Part shown: piece after piece, positions 34,777 to 47,769 of the stretch
Layout of the letters: every line of letters begins with the position of its first letter
How positions within the stretch are numbered: position 1 is the stretch's first letter
From: Squalus acanthias
Taxonomy: Eukaryota
Assembly: GCA_030390025.1 (NCBI GenBank)
Contig: CM059431.1
Span: 107,820,001 to 107,884,000, forward strand
Direction of reading: 5' to 3'
DNA: 64,000 nt
Position numbers and translations under genes: made by a program
Notes under the pieces: model-generated
The model's database searches: none
What the model was told of the DNA's origin: nothing
What the model saw: the letters and a program-made list of their open reading frames with translations, nothing else

Positions 34777-35841
34777 CATGTGTCTCCTCCCATCAGGGGG
34801 CCATCAACAACACAACTACCAGTATGACTGCTTGGCTGACATCAAGTCATGGATGAGGCAATGATTTCTCCAACTCCAGTATGGGTAAGACTGAAGCTGT
34901 GCTCTTTGGCTTGCGCTAAAAATTCTGCAACCAAACCTTTCATCCTATTCCCTTCTCCAGCTTTTCACTTGGACTGAACTTGGCCCTGCCAAACCTGTTT
35001 GACATGACCAAAAAATCGCATCGCCCACCTCTCCTTGTCCCACCCCCACCACAGCTGAAACCGTTGGTCATGCCTTCATCATCTCCAGGCTCAACTTCTC
35101 CAACAAGCCTGCAACACCAAGTACCACCCAGTTATAACCTGGTCCTTGTTGACCTCCATTGGCTCCCTGTCGCCCAATACATTGAATTCAAAATTCCTGT
35201 CTACAAATCCAAACCATGTCTCACCTTTTCCTAACTTTGCGACCCCTTCTAGTTGTACATTCCAGCGCATGCCCTCTGCTCTTTGAACTCTATTTGGGAT
35301 GCATGGAGAAATTCAACTTGTCTGCAGCCACAGTTCCTTGTACTGATGGTTTTAGCAGCTACAGCAATGGGCACCAGGCCAGAAACCCAGTCAGGCCACG
35401 AGCTCCTGGTAGCAAGTCTAACAAGATAGGATTAATTTCTTTAGATGGTATTGACATCACAAGGCCGGATTGTGCTCCAACTGTGCTGACTACAAAGACA
35501 GTAATAAAGAGTCAAACCAAAAGGGGATTCTTTCAGTGAAGGATTCATTGTCAGTAGTAAACATTTCAGAGCACTTAAGGGGTAATTTTCTAACTTTGTG
35601 TACTTGGTAGGGAAGGGAGCCTAGTCTGCTGGGGGTACGTATTGGAAATTTGGGTATCTGCAGTGGTGGCTCCTGATCCCTATAAGAGTATGCTCTTATA
35701 CTGTTATATGGCATCTTAAATCTGAACAAACTTAAATCCATTAACAACAGTTCACAACTAAAGGCTTACTTCAGGCAATCTGATCAATTACTCTCCATCA
35801 AGATTGAAATTCCAATTAAAAACACACAAGCACATCTTTAC

Positions 35842-35886
35842 CTCTTATCTGTGTGACTAACTTTATCTCTGCAAGATGTTCGACAT
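35842..35886 (-). CDS. Candidate 45-nt symmetric (phase 1-1) host exon, (D)VEHLAEIKLVTQIR
   Basis: TTCTAATTAAATGCAG acceptor (weak), AG|GTAAAG donor, open frame compatible with 20555-20611, non-repeat context. Confidence 0.35.
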
Positions 35887-36139
35887 CTGCATTTAATTAG
35901 AAGATAGCAAGTTACACGTTATTATTGATAAAACTGCCTCAAGGGGTAATTTCTTTTTCCACGCTCCAGGCAGAAAGCCTCACCTGCCAGGCTCGCATAT
36001 TGGAAATTCAAGGCATAGGCCAATCGTGATTTTCTAATCCTCTAAATTGATGGGTATGAAGTCTGAAAATTATCCCTCATAGCAATATGCATTATAACAG
36101 TGAAAGTCGAAGAGCAGTGTTGAATAAGTAAGTATAAGT

Positions 36140-36749
36140 GTGTCTCAGACACTGCCTCAGCTCATCTGCTGCTGAAACCTTCATCCATGCCTCCGTTACC
36201 TCTAGATTTGACTATTCCAGTGTTCTCCTGGCCGGGCTCACATGTTCCACCCTCCATAAACTAAAGCTCATCCAAAACTCTGCTGCCCGTATCCTAACTC
36301 GCACCAAGTCCCGTTCACCCATCACCCCCTGTGCACGCTGACCTACCTTGGCTCCCGGATCCGGCAACGCTTCAATTTTAAAATTGTCATCCTTGTTTTC
36401 AATTCCCTCCCTGGCCTCGCCCCTCCCTATCTCTGTAACCTCGTCCAGCCGTACAACCCTCCGAGATCTCTGCGATCCTCCAATTCTGGCCTCTTGCGCA
36501 TTACTCCACCATTGGCGGCCGTGCTTTCAGCTGCCTAAGCCCTAAGCTCTGGAATTCCTTCCCTAAATCTCTCCCCTTCTCTACCTCTCTCTCCTCCTTT
36601 AAGATGCTCCTTAAACCCTACCTCTTTGACCAAGCTTTTGGCCTTATGTGGTTCAGTGTCAAATTTTGTTTGCTAATGCTCCTGTGAAGCGCTTGGGAGT
36701 TTTTACTATATTAATGGCGCTATGTAAATGCAAGTTGTTGTTGTTGTTG
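36140..36749 (+). mobile_element. L2 LINE 3' end (second short copy at 37060-37252; older piece at 34790-35230)
   Basis: AETFIHASVTSRFDYS..LHKLKLIQNSAARILT and (TTG)n tail. Confidence 0.88.
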
Positions 36750-38017
36750 GCTAAGAGAAATGAAAGGATAAATGTTCATCTTCACTGCCTGATTGGTAAT
36801 CTGGTGGAGTAGATCATTTGCCCATTATGGAACACCCGGCCCGTACCCGACTTATATTCCATTGAAATCAAAGGAATGATAATCAGGTGAGGTCTATAAT
36901 GGGTGGGAGATCTGCTCCACCAAATTACCAACCAGGGGATGAAGAAAAACATTTTGCCCAGTAGTATTTTCACGTTGTAAATGCAAAATGTTACATAAAC
37001 TATTAAAAAGGAATAAATAAATATTACTAGGGAACCAGGAAGACAGAGAAAAAGCTGTGGAATTCCCTCCATAAGCCTCTGCCTCTCTCTCCTTCATTAA
37101 GACGCTTCTTCAAACCTACCTCTTTGACCAAGCTTGTGGACACCTGTTCTCATATCTCTGTGTGTGGCTTGGTGTCAAATTTTGTTTGATAACGCTCCTG
37201 TGAAACACCTTGGAACATTTTACTATGTTAAAGGCACAAGTTGTTGTTGTTGATGCTGACACATGTCTTACTTAGGTTCCTTTTTCTGTCACCATATGTT
37301 GATTATCTTTTTCTAATTGACCTGTTGTTGGGTATGATATTGTCCCCATTACTACTGGGGACCAGCATTTTAGAACCTCTAACCTATATAACTAAATCTA
37401 CATGGATCACAGTTCCTAGCGGGAAAAATTTGGTACTTTAGCGCCTCCCGTCGGGGCGCGAGAGCATTATTGCCGGGGCAAGGCGAATCCAACGCCGCAC
37501 GCCAAATCCCACACCCTAGAATAGAATCATAGAAAGTTACAGCACGGAAGGAGGCCATTTCGACCCATCGTCTCCACGCCGGCCGACAAAGAGCTATCCA
37601 GCCTAATCCCACTTCCCAGCTCTTGGCTCGTACACCCTGCAGTGCCGCCACTAACAGTTATCGCCGGGAGCCTCAACGCCAGGTGGATCATGACGTCAGT
37701 TACTGTGCAACGCTCACTGGCCACCCAATCTGCAAAATTGATTATCGCCACCTACCTTAGCGCCTGGAGTAAACGGCGACAGGGAGAGCTGATGTGAAGC
37801 AGCAGGAAGCTGGCTCCAGGGTTGTTATTTAAAGGGATCATCAGTAATGAGTCACAGCTGTAGGTTAGTGGAGTTTTGTGCTTTCTTGTCAGATTCACAT
37901 AGTGCAACAGTCTCATTCCGTAATTACAACGTTATTTTATATGCGGAGTGTTGTGGCAACTAAAAAGTAGCTACATTTATTCTTCAAAAAATCAATCTGC
38001 TACATTTGGTTACATTA

Positions 38018-39077
38018 ATGGACACTGTACTGGCAGTCGACCTGGCCCTCCAGGATCTACAGCGGAGGGAGCAGAGGCAGCGAGAAAGATGGGAACATGT
38101 GGTCAGAGGGAGGAGGAGGGCCATCAGGGTGGCCTTACCCTCTGAGGGTATTCTGAGAGCACTTCTTTTATTTCCAATTGAGCGAGGAGCAGTGTATTAG
38201 AAGGCTCTGCTTCACCAAGGAGGTGGTCACAGAACTCTGCCACCTCCTGCAACTAGACCTCCAGCCTCAGACCAGGGCGACGACGGCTCTCTCAGTGGGA
38301 GTCAAGGTCACCGTTGTCCTCAATTTCTTCACCAGCAGATCCTTCCAGTCTGCAACAGGAGACATATCTAACATCTCACAGTTTGCCATCCATCGCTGCA
38401 TCTGGGAGGTTACAGAGGCTCTCGACAGTAGGAGAAGGGATTATATTTCCTTCCCCATCACCAGAGAGAAGCAGGACGAGCGTGCATGTGGCTTTGCCAG
38501 GATAGCGGAATTCTCCATGGTGCAGGGCGCCATTGACTGCACCCATGTGGCTTTACGGGCACTGCATAACAATCCTGAGATCTTCCATAACCGCAAAGGC
38601 TACCACTCACTTAATGTGCAGTTGGTGTGTGACCGCAGACAGCAAATCCTTAATGTCAATACCCGCTATCCTGGCAGCAGCCATGATGCCTTCATCCTGT
38701 GCCAGACCGGTGTGTCAGCAATCTTCCAGCCACCATGTCAAGCTCGCGGCTGGCTGCTCGGAGACAAGGGCTATACGCTCTCCACCTGGCTCATGACTCC
38801 CCTCCGCAACCCCAACACTCCTGCCCAGCACTCATATAATGACAGCAATGCTGCCACCAGGAACATCATCGAGCAGACCATCAGCCTGCTGAAGCAACAG
38901 TTCTGCTGCCTTGACTGCTCGGGAGGAGCCGTCCATAGCTCGGCTGAGCGGGTGTCCCATTTTGTTATGGTCTGCTGCATGCTCCACAACTTGACCATCT
39001 TGAGGGCCCAACCTTTTCCACCAGGGATTGCGGGACCACCTCAGGAGGAGGACGAGGAAGAGGAGGAACAGGAGTAA
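38018..39077 (+). pseudogene. Harbinger transposase pseudogene
   Basis: MDTVLAVDL start, frameshifting deletion near 38130, then GAIDCTH, GDKGY, IEQTI; early stop in the acidic tail. Confidence 0.92.
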
Positions 39078-39317
39078 GGGAGGAGGCAGCCACTGAATCG
39101 GCCTTCCGGAAGGGCAGTCCATGACCACCTCATCAGACTGCGGTGTCAATGAATTAAACCCCAGATTCCCGTTGCTCACCACATCCCCATTATTCCATCC
39201 CTGTCGCAGGCCATATCACAGCGGAAAGTTGAAATGAGACACACCACAAAAGAGTCCAAACTGAATTAATAAATTTATCAAATATCAGTGAACACATATT
39301 TACAACAAAAATATTAA

Positions 39318-41233
39318 CTATTCACCCTTGTGCAATCCCTTAGTGCCCCTTGTTACAGTGGCTTTGCCTACTCTAGTGCTCCTACGAAGTGTTGGCCCAA
39401 GTGGCTGCAGCAGGGCTGGTGAAAGGCTGCTGAGTGTCCATGCGGGAGACTTCAGATGGCCTTGCAGGACACCCTCGACCAGCTCTGGGCCTGGAAGGCC
39501 CGGCTGTAGACTGCACCACCTCAGCATGGGCGGCAGCAGTCTGGGCTGGCTGGATGACAGGCAGTGACAAGGGCAATGGCGGAGTGGCAGTGGTGGGAGC
39601 AGGAATGCTGTCATCCTGAGAGAGGACACCAGGTTCCTGCTCCACTGACCCACTGCCACTCCCCCGGGGCAGCATCTCAGCATCCCTAGCAATCTGTTGG
39701 AGCACAGATTGCTGGCCTACTGCGACACTGTGAAAGCCTCGGTCGATGGTGGTAGACCCAGCCATGATGGCAGCAGTCAGAACTTGTGCAGCATCAAGTT
39801 GAGGCTGCATGAGAGTAGTCCGAGATTGTATACCATCAAGCATAGGCTGTATTACATCACTAAGATGTTGCGTCGCTTCCGCCTGTACTGCAGTGGAGAC
39901 TGCCAGATCTTTCATCACATGCGGCATCAGGTCTGGGTTGCCACGGTCTCTCTGGGAGTCTACCATCCTGTGCAGACTGCTAATGATGGGCTACATCGTG
40001 TGCACAGAGCCTTGTGCAATGTTGGAGTTGAACTCTTCCACGCTCCTTATCATTGCCGAGTGGCTCTCGGTCACCCTTGCCATTGCACCTATCATCTCCG
40101 TGTGCATGCCCATCACCCTTCTTCTAAAGGCCTCCCCATCGAGTTCCTCATCTGAGTCCTGTGCAGCAGAGCTCGCACACGAACTCGCCCTCCGGGGTGC
40201 TGACTCCCGAGCTACCCTTTCCCCCTGGTCTTGCTGCAGCCCCCTCATCCCCAGTGCATCACGCTGTGCAGTTCCTGCTACTGTACTAGCTACTAGCCTC
40301 TAAAGAACGCGTAGTGCCAGTATCTGAGCTGGTTCCTGCGGGTGAGACATGCAGTGACGCGATGCGTTCTTCGTTCTCCTCTTCTTCCGCCTCGCTCTCT
40401 ATGGTACCTTCAGGGAAAGGCTGCTCAGCTGCTTGCTCATTATCTGAAAGCATAAAGGCACAAGAGTCGGGTTAAGGTGAGGGGAGAGGGACAGGAAGGG
40501 AGAAATGTATGCATACCGCATGATTAGCTAGAAAGTACGAAACGCTTGTGGGGTGAGCGGGAAGTGGGATGTGAGAAGAAAGAGTAGGGATGAACATACC
40601 GCTGTTGTCCCCAAGGGGGTCAATGTCGCCAGTGGCCACAGCGCTCAGCACCTGGCGCCCAATAATCTCCAGCACTCGATTTTCCAGCGCAGACAGCGGT
40701 TGGGTTTCGACTTGTCCCCCACCTGTGCGCTCCTGCTCCCTCCTGTTGTGAGCCACCTTAGCCTACAAGAGAAAGGAAAGTTTATAAGTGAGTGTGGAGC
40801 AATGTGTTTGGGTGATGTGCCTGCCATAGTTGAATAGCTGTCATTGTGTGCAAGATGTGAGATGTGGGGTGTGAGTGTTGGTTGGTAGAGATTGTTGGTG
40901 GGTGAGTGCTGGGGGTGTGGTGCTTTGGGCTATGTGTGAAGACTATGGTTCAGATGGTGGCATGTAGCATTTGTTGAAGCATTCACTCACCCTGAACATC
41001 TGAGTAAGATCGTTAAATTTCTTCCTGCACGGTGTGTGGGTCCTGGGGACCACAGTGCTGCCCGAGACATGCTGTACTACCTCCCTCCACGTGCTGTGGA
41101 AGCCTTGCGGCGAGGGCCTCCTGCCACTTGCCGGGTGGAACATTGCCCTCCGTCTCTCCACAGCGAATACCAATGTCTCCAATGCTTGATCGCGGAATCT
41201 GTGGGCTCTCTCCCTGGGGCATGGATCTGCCAT
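39318..41233 (-). pseudogene. Harbinger Myb/SANT gene (exons 41233-40991, 40762-40600, 40443-~39318), exon 3 disrupted
   Basis: MADPCPRERAHRFRDQALETLV..WREV..CRKKFNDL; canonical GT-AG sites at positions homologous to the 29485 copy. Confidence 0.85.
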
Positions 41234-41569
41234 GAGTACAGCTGCTTCAGTCCTTCTGCTCCTTCTCCTTGACTTGCTGCTGCTTGCTGAGGCTGCTGCA
41301 CAGTCAGCAATGCTGAGAATGAGGTTCTGCAGCATCAATGAACTTCCCCTTTAAGAACTGAATAAAGCCTGTGGCAATCATGACTTGCAATTAGACTTCA
41401 CCTGATATTGGTCCACCCTTTGAGTGAAATGCCAATGAGCTTGGGTTTAAAGACTTGAATTAGCGCGCCAATAATTTCTTTGAGCAGTGAGCACGAATTT
41501 TGCGTGCAGTCTAAAGCATTTGTGCTTGGCGCTAATTCTACAACTTTTCTAATTTTACCTCCCTCTCCT

Positions 41570-42800
41570 GGGCTCTCTTATAACCTTGGCTACTAGAAGC
41601 TCCGTCGTGGGCATGTGACCCGTAATTTAAATTCTCATTGATGTAACAATCTGGTTAATCTCACTGATGTTTCTTTGTGAAACAGCGATCTCATCTTTCT
41701 CTGTCTTCGATGATCTAGGTACCCTTTCAATGGCATTTTCACCCATGCGAAGGTTGCGACATTCTAATCTAATATCCTCATGTGCTATCTCCATGAAGGA
41801 ATAAGTTGAGGCATCTCAATTGATTTGAATATCTTCCTCAGGTCTCACTACACCCCTGCCTGCAAAGTGAATGTAATGTATTTGCCAGTGAAAGGTTTTT
41901 GGGTCCGCATTTCTTTGTTGTTTTGTATGGGATGCTGTTATAATGGCTTCGTTTACACTATTAAATCTACTGTATTCCCCTTTTAGTAACTCACACAGCT
42001 CTGCATTTTCCTGCCATCTATCTCAACTTGGATCTATCCATCTTCATACATCAGGGCTCACAGTGAGAGATATAAATCAATCACTCTTTTCTCTGGGTAT
42101 ATCACATCACTTCTCTTCATGGGAGTTAACCATTGTTAAATACTCCAATAGAAATATGGAAAGCCTGTGGGTCAAATTTACTCATGCAAGGTACTGGCTG
42201 GCAGTATTTGTCTTGTTTTTCCTTTCTGAGCTTTAAGGTCAGTACATTGTCCTTTATATTGTTAAAGTTCTTGGGCTGTCTCCCTCAATTTGTATTTTCC
42301 TCGGCCTCTGTGATTTGTCAGTGCATGCACTGCTCACTCTGCAGCTAGATACACTCATCACCTCAGTGAGCTGCTAGTTAACTGGTGATATTGAACTTCC
42401 TGCCTGATCGATGTCTGCCAACACCATTTAAGTTCCAGAGATTTCTTTTCAACATCACATTCTGTGCAGTGGGGTTTTCCGTCTAACCTGTTGCTCTCCT
42501 TTTTTTTTACGTTTAAGATCCTTAATTTCCTCCTAACTTGTGCAGTTATATTCTTCAAATATTTTACCTCACCATGCTCTGACTACTTTTCGCGGGTGCC
42601 AACTCTAGTTGTTATACATGCTTGTCTTTGCAGACCAGCTTTATTGATATCTCCTTGATTTTTGCTTTGGCCTTTTTGATCTGTCATTTTAAACAGGGAA
42701 TGATTGTTTCTCGCAACCTTGCAGCATCAATCCTGTATTTACTATCAACTGACCCCACTGTTTGGCATAGCCCTTTTAATTCTTCCTCTTTACATTCAAG
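41570..42800 (-). pseudogene. Decayed LTR-retroelement gag-like relic
   Basis: Manual translation across stops and frameshifts: KFDP..LEYL..PREK..VSPDV*RWID..ELCELLKGEY..EAIITASHTKQQRNADPKTF..HFAGRG..PEEDIQ..LFLHG..ATFAW, matching the motif order I recall for fish Gypsy-type Gag. Confidence 0.5.
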
Positions 42801-43804
42801 ATCTTTTGGGTTATGTTCTTAACAGATAGAGCAGTGTCTTTACTGTTTCCCATGCCTGACTGCAGACTGCTTCTAGTCCTACTAACTCTACCCTGTTTCC
42901 TGGGAGTTTTTATTCTTACTCTACTGAAAGAGATCTGGTTATTTATCACATTGTGAGATCTTGCTGTGTGTAAATTGGCTGCCATGTTTCCTTCATTGCA
43001 ACAGTAAATACACTTCAAAAGTACTTCCATCAGGTGCACATTAATTTAAAAACTGACCATTGCTCATCGGATAGTCCAGATACTAATCCTGCTCTATTAC
43101 CTGCAACGGAACTGCTTCTGGCTTTCCCGTGAAGCTTTAACGTTGCCTGCTCCTTTAATGGAGCTGATGCCTTTAAGGCCCAGGATGTGCCCCTCTTCTG
43201 TCATCGTGGCTGCGATCAAAAATCTGCCCAAAGTGTGTTTATGTGGCACCTCCTTTTTTTAACTACGGCCGGAGAGCAAGTTTGAACGCTCAGCTCTTGG
43301 TCCCAACGCAGCACCCTATTAGAGTGCTCTGCACGAATTGGTCCTGGACAGAGCCAGGAGAGGAAGATCAGCCCTGATATTTTAGCATTCATTGGGTTTT
43401 ACTTAATAACTGTATAACAGAGCAACATTTAAAATCCAAGATTACAGTACAGTCTTGGCAAGATCAAAATTCACCACATTCAAAGTGGATGTTTTCCAGT
43501 GTTATTTCTGTTCCTTTGGCTGATATTAGCATAAAAGTATACCACCATTTCTAGTTGTGGATTTACACAATTCATTCTCCTGTGATTCTCCAGTTTCACC
43601 AGTTAGGGTTTATCTGTGGTGAATCATTTGTGGTTGTCTTTCCTTGTTCTTCCATTGTTTTGCTTTCTTGAACTTCAACTAATTTGCACATACTATTGCA
43701 GTGTACTGTGTCTGTTGGCTATTAGACTCTCATTTCTTTATGTGCTTCAAAACTTACATTAACTGTTGGAATGTACTTAATGTTCTCCACTTCTGCTTTG
43801 ATCT

Positions 43805-45000
43805 TAATTAGGAAGGCAAATGGTATGTTGACCTTTATTGCAAGGGGATACACTTGCCTTGGAGGCGGTGTAACAAAGGTTCACTAGATTGATTCCTGGG
43901 AAGAGAGGGTTGTCCTATGAGGAGAGTAGGTTGGGCCTATACTCTCTGGAGTTTAGAAGAATGAGAGGTGATTCCATTGAAATGTATAAGATTCTGAGGG
44001 GGCTTGACAAGGTAGATGTTGAGAGGTTGTTTCCCCTGGCTGGAAAGTCTAGAACTAGGGGCATAGTCTCAGGATAAGGGGTCGGCCATCTAAGACTGAG
44101 ATGAGGAGGAATTTCTTCACTCAGAGGGTTGTGAACCTTTGGAATTCTCTACCCCAGAGGGCTGTGGATGCTGAGTCATTGAGTATATTCAAGGCTGATA
44201 TAGATAGATTTTTGGATTCTAGGAGAGAATCAAGGGATATGGGGATCGGGCAGGAAAGTGGAGTTGAGGTCGAAGATCAGCCATGATCTTATTGAATGGT
44301 GGAGCAGGCTCGAGGGGCCGTATGGCCGACTCCTGCTCTTACTTCTTATGTTCTTATGTTTTAACAAATTCATCCTTCTGAAACTTGCCCTTAACTTCCT
44401 AAGCCTTTCTCATCTTTACTTTCTTAAATCTTCTTCCTAACATTCCTAAGCCTTTGAACCCCTTTGTAAAACTTGCTTTAACCATGATCTCTGTCCCAAA
44501 CACATTCCATGATCTAACAACTCTCTGCAGAAAGAAACTTCTCCCATCCTCTCTGTTCAACTCTGAGTGATAGTTCTGATTGATCACCTTGATCACTGAC
44601 TCCCCAGCAGTCATTCACTATTCACTCTATCAAAACCTTCTTAAGTTTAAACACCTTTATTAAATCTCCTTTTGGCTTCCTCTGCTCCAGTGGAAGTAGT
44701 CCCTGTATTTCAGGTCTCTCTTCGCAACTACATAGTGCACCCTTTATGATTTTAACACCCTTTCTATATTGGGGTGCCCAAAACTACGCACAGTACTCGA
44801 ACTGTGGCCTAAACCTTGCTTTGTACAAATTTATCATAACCTTTTTGCGATTGAAATGCATGCCACTATTTATAGATACCAAAATGTTATTGGCCTTTTT
44901 TATGGCTTTACCTACCTGCACTCGCACTTTCAAGGAATTATGTATTGCACCCCTAGGCTTCTCTGTTCATCGACATTCTTCAGCATCTTTCCATTGAGTT
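43805..45000. mobile_element. CR1 3' fragment (+, 43805-44360) and older CR1 fragment (-, 44400-45000)
   Basis: LGLYSLEFRRMRGD, MRRNFFTQRVVNLWNSLP; minus strand FFLQRVVRSWN. Confidence 0.82.
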
Positions 45001-45035
45001 TACACTCTCACAGAGTTCGAGAAGAAAACATTAAT

Positions 45036-45537
45036 GGGGTAGAAATTCAGTATCGCCCCGTTTGGGACGCAATTATCGGCCGGGCGCAAAGTTTAGCACC
45101 TGCCGCTAATTATCGCCTCCGACTGCAAACTTGGCTTCTATCGCCCCTGGAGGTGATTGGAGCGCTAAATCAGGCGCTACACACCTCTCTTAAGGCGCTG
45201 ACGCCGAGGAGCGAGGCGCTAACTCAGAGCGCTGGCGAAGCTCAGGTGATGTCAGTTATCAATTGAATGCAGACATACTGGCGCCGGCCAGTTCTTAAAG
45301 GGGAGGGTCGATCTTGCTCTCCAGCCACACCCTGCTCATTGGAGCCTTGAATCTCGACCTGGACAGACCTGAACTTCAAATCTGCTACAAAGAACAATGG
45401 AGAGTCCCAAGGAAAGAGCTCAGAGTGCAGCCCCCAAAGTCTCTTCCAAATCAATGCAAGGAAGGTCAAATCAAAAAGAACCTGCAAAATGCTGCTCAGT
45501 ACCCAAAACTCCTTCACACAGTGTTGAATCTCTCCAG

Positions 45538-45574
<37 letters not shown>

Positions 45575-45964
45575 AACCTCTCTTTCTCTCTCAGAATGCG
45601 TGGTGCAGAAATGTCTCCGACAAAAACAGGCAAGAAGAGGCAGCCTTTAAATAGCGCTCCCCCAGCCCCTTCCCAACTGTAAAATGTCCCCCTCTACCTG
45701 TCATTGCTAGCGGCAGGCGGAAAGGAAGGGGGCGCCACTCAATATCTGGTCTGGGGCACTACCAGGGCGTTGCACGCTCGACTGACATCACGATCTGCGG
45801 GCGCAGGAGATCGTGGTGGTAGTGTTTAGCGCCGCCGCAAAAAACTCTGGGCAATTTCGCGAGCGGCGCAAACATCGCCGTGCCCAGGCGCTAGTTGCTT
45901 TGCGCCCCGTTAGCACCCTCTTAGGGCGCAAACGGGAGGCGCTAATCAATTGAATTTTTCCCCC
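45036..45964 (-). mobile_element. Internal-deletion derivative (MITE) related to the 29485 Harbinger
   Basis: TIRs GGGGTAGAAATT / AATTTTTCCCCC; arms align with both ends of 29485-33894 in reverse, including the (GA)n tract. Confidence 0.9.
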
Positions 45965-47049
45965 TAAAAGCCTAGCATTTAAATGTGATGCCTTTGCACC
46001 TTTGACTGGGACCAAACTTTCCTTGTAAAGTTAAGAATTTTGCAACAGGATAGGCATCAGTTCAGGCCTGGTCTTTGCAGGCACAGAAGGAGCAATTACT
46101 GAACAACCTGAAGCCACAAACAGGACACTGCTATAAATAATATAAATAATGTGAAGCCGTTATTTGAAATGGCAGCTTCAGGACAACGGATTATTATCCA
46201 GGTGCCTCACGACTGAAAACATTTTTTTTTTAAACCCAGAAAGGTGTAATAAGATTTAATTTTCCATCTCTATGGTAACATACATAATGAAACTACGTAA
46301 TTAAGATTAAAAATACCTATGAGCAGATTGTGGTAATCAAGTGAGACAAAATTCAAGGGTAGCGCTAAAAACGAAATACGATATTTGTATCATACAGTTT
46401 GCTACAGAGATATCAACGAATGAAACTATGCATGATTCAGATGTATTTTGTCAAGATTGAGATGAAAATGACTTATTTTCTATTTGAATATGGGCAAATC
46501 AAGGGTATGATGGATTTCTGAGGACAAGTGACTAGGTTTAAGGAAGCTCTGAGCTAGTGTGCAAAGGTTGATAGGCTGTCAGTTGAGGTTCATGAGCTAG
46601 TCTGTCACATAGTAGCTAACTGCTTCAGAGGGACCATACTTTCCTTCGTTCAATAATTTTATCAATGACACAGACAGCAGTAAAAGGGGCGAAATGCCAG
46701 TAGAAAACATGCGTGGACTGTCCATGTTCCAGCCCTGCTCACAGGTTTTGTACCCCTCTAATAATTAATAAATGATTACGAGTTAAAGTGCGAGAAAACA
46801 CCTGATTCTTTTACTTGTTAAGACATTTTCAAAAGTCATTAATGATGAACTTGTTGAGCATTTTCACAGTCCAATCAAAAGTGAATATATTACTACAGCT
46901 CGGATCCGGCATTAAAGAACTTAATGAACAAGAAACTTTTAGAGCATTGCAACATCTATAATAGAAGTGAATAATGCACTGGAGCATTTTTTTTTAAAAG
47001 GGTATGGGGAAAAGGCAGGGGAATGGGACTAAGTGAATAGAATTACAAT

Positions 47050-47418
47050 GGCCTGTAATTTCCGATAGGAGGTTTCCTGCATGCAGATGCCTCCTATTGG
47101 AAAAAAATCTACGCCCTTACCTGAGGGCTCCTGAGGTCCGGACACTTCCGCTCCTGGGCCTCTCCACAGTCGAAATGCGCAGGGCCCACGTATCCCAGGG
47201 GCGCAGGCGGTTCGCAAACGTCCTGCAGAAAGCGGAACTATCTGCCTGCAGAGGCCCTTCTCCAGGGCAGGCGTCCGATCTGTCAAGAGGATTCTTGACA
47301 GATCGTAAATGCCGGTTTTCAGCGCATGCGCTTCGCATGCATGAAACCAGCATTTCCGATGCCCCTACGGGTGTGTACACAGCCCGTACACACCCGTTTG
47401 TATCGGAAAATATGGGCC
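47050..47418. mobile_element. Harbinger MITE lacking the AT-rich core
   Basis: TIRs GGCCTGTAATTT / AAAATATGGGCC; equals 34020-34190 joined to 34580-34776. Confidence 0.85.
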
Positions 47419-47769
47419 ATAGAATTTACATCACAGGAACAGGCCATTCGGCCCAACTGGTCCGTGCCGGTGTTTATGCTCACACAAGCCTCCTCCCATC
47501 CCTACTTCATCTCACCCTATCAGCATATCCTTCTGTTGCTTTCTCCCTCATGTACTTATCTAGCTTCTCCTTAAATGCATTTATGCTATTCGCCTCAACT
47601 ACTCCTTGTGGTAGCTAGTTCCACATTCTCACCACTTTTTGATTAAAGAAGTTTCTCCTGACTTCCTTATTGCATGTATTAGTGAATGTCTTATAGCTCT
47701 TTCAGAGAGCTAGCTCGGCATAATGGGTTGAATGGCCTTCTGTGTTGTGAAATTCCATGATTCCATCAA

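Larger units (their letters stand above)
37419..41563 (+). mobile_element. Near full-length Harbinger transposon, disabled
   Basis: Degenerate TIRs, both genes present, CR1 tail inserted at about 37518-37640. Ends approximate. Confidence 0.9.

Noticed and set aside
43101..43209. Minus-strand 109-nt exon candidate
   Set aside because: Its end phase is incompatible with the other candidates, and the context has MITE-like termini.
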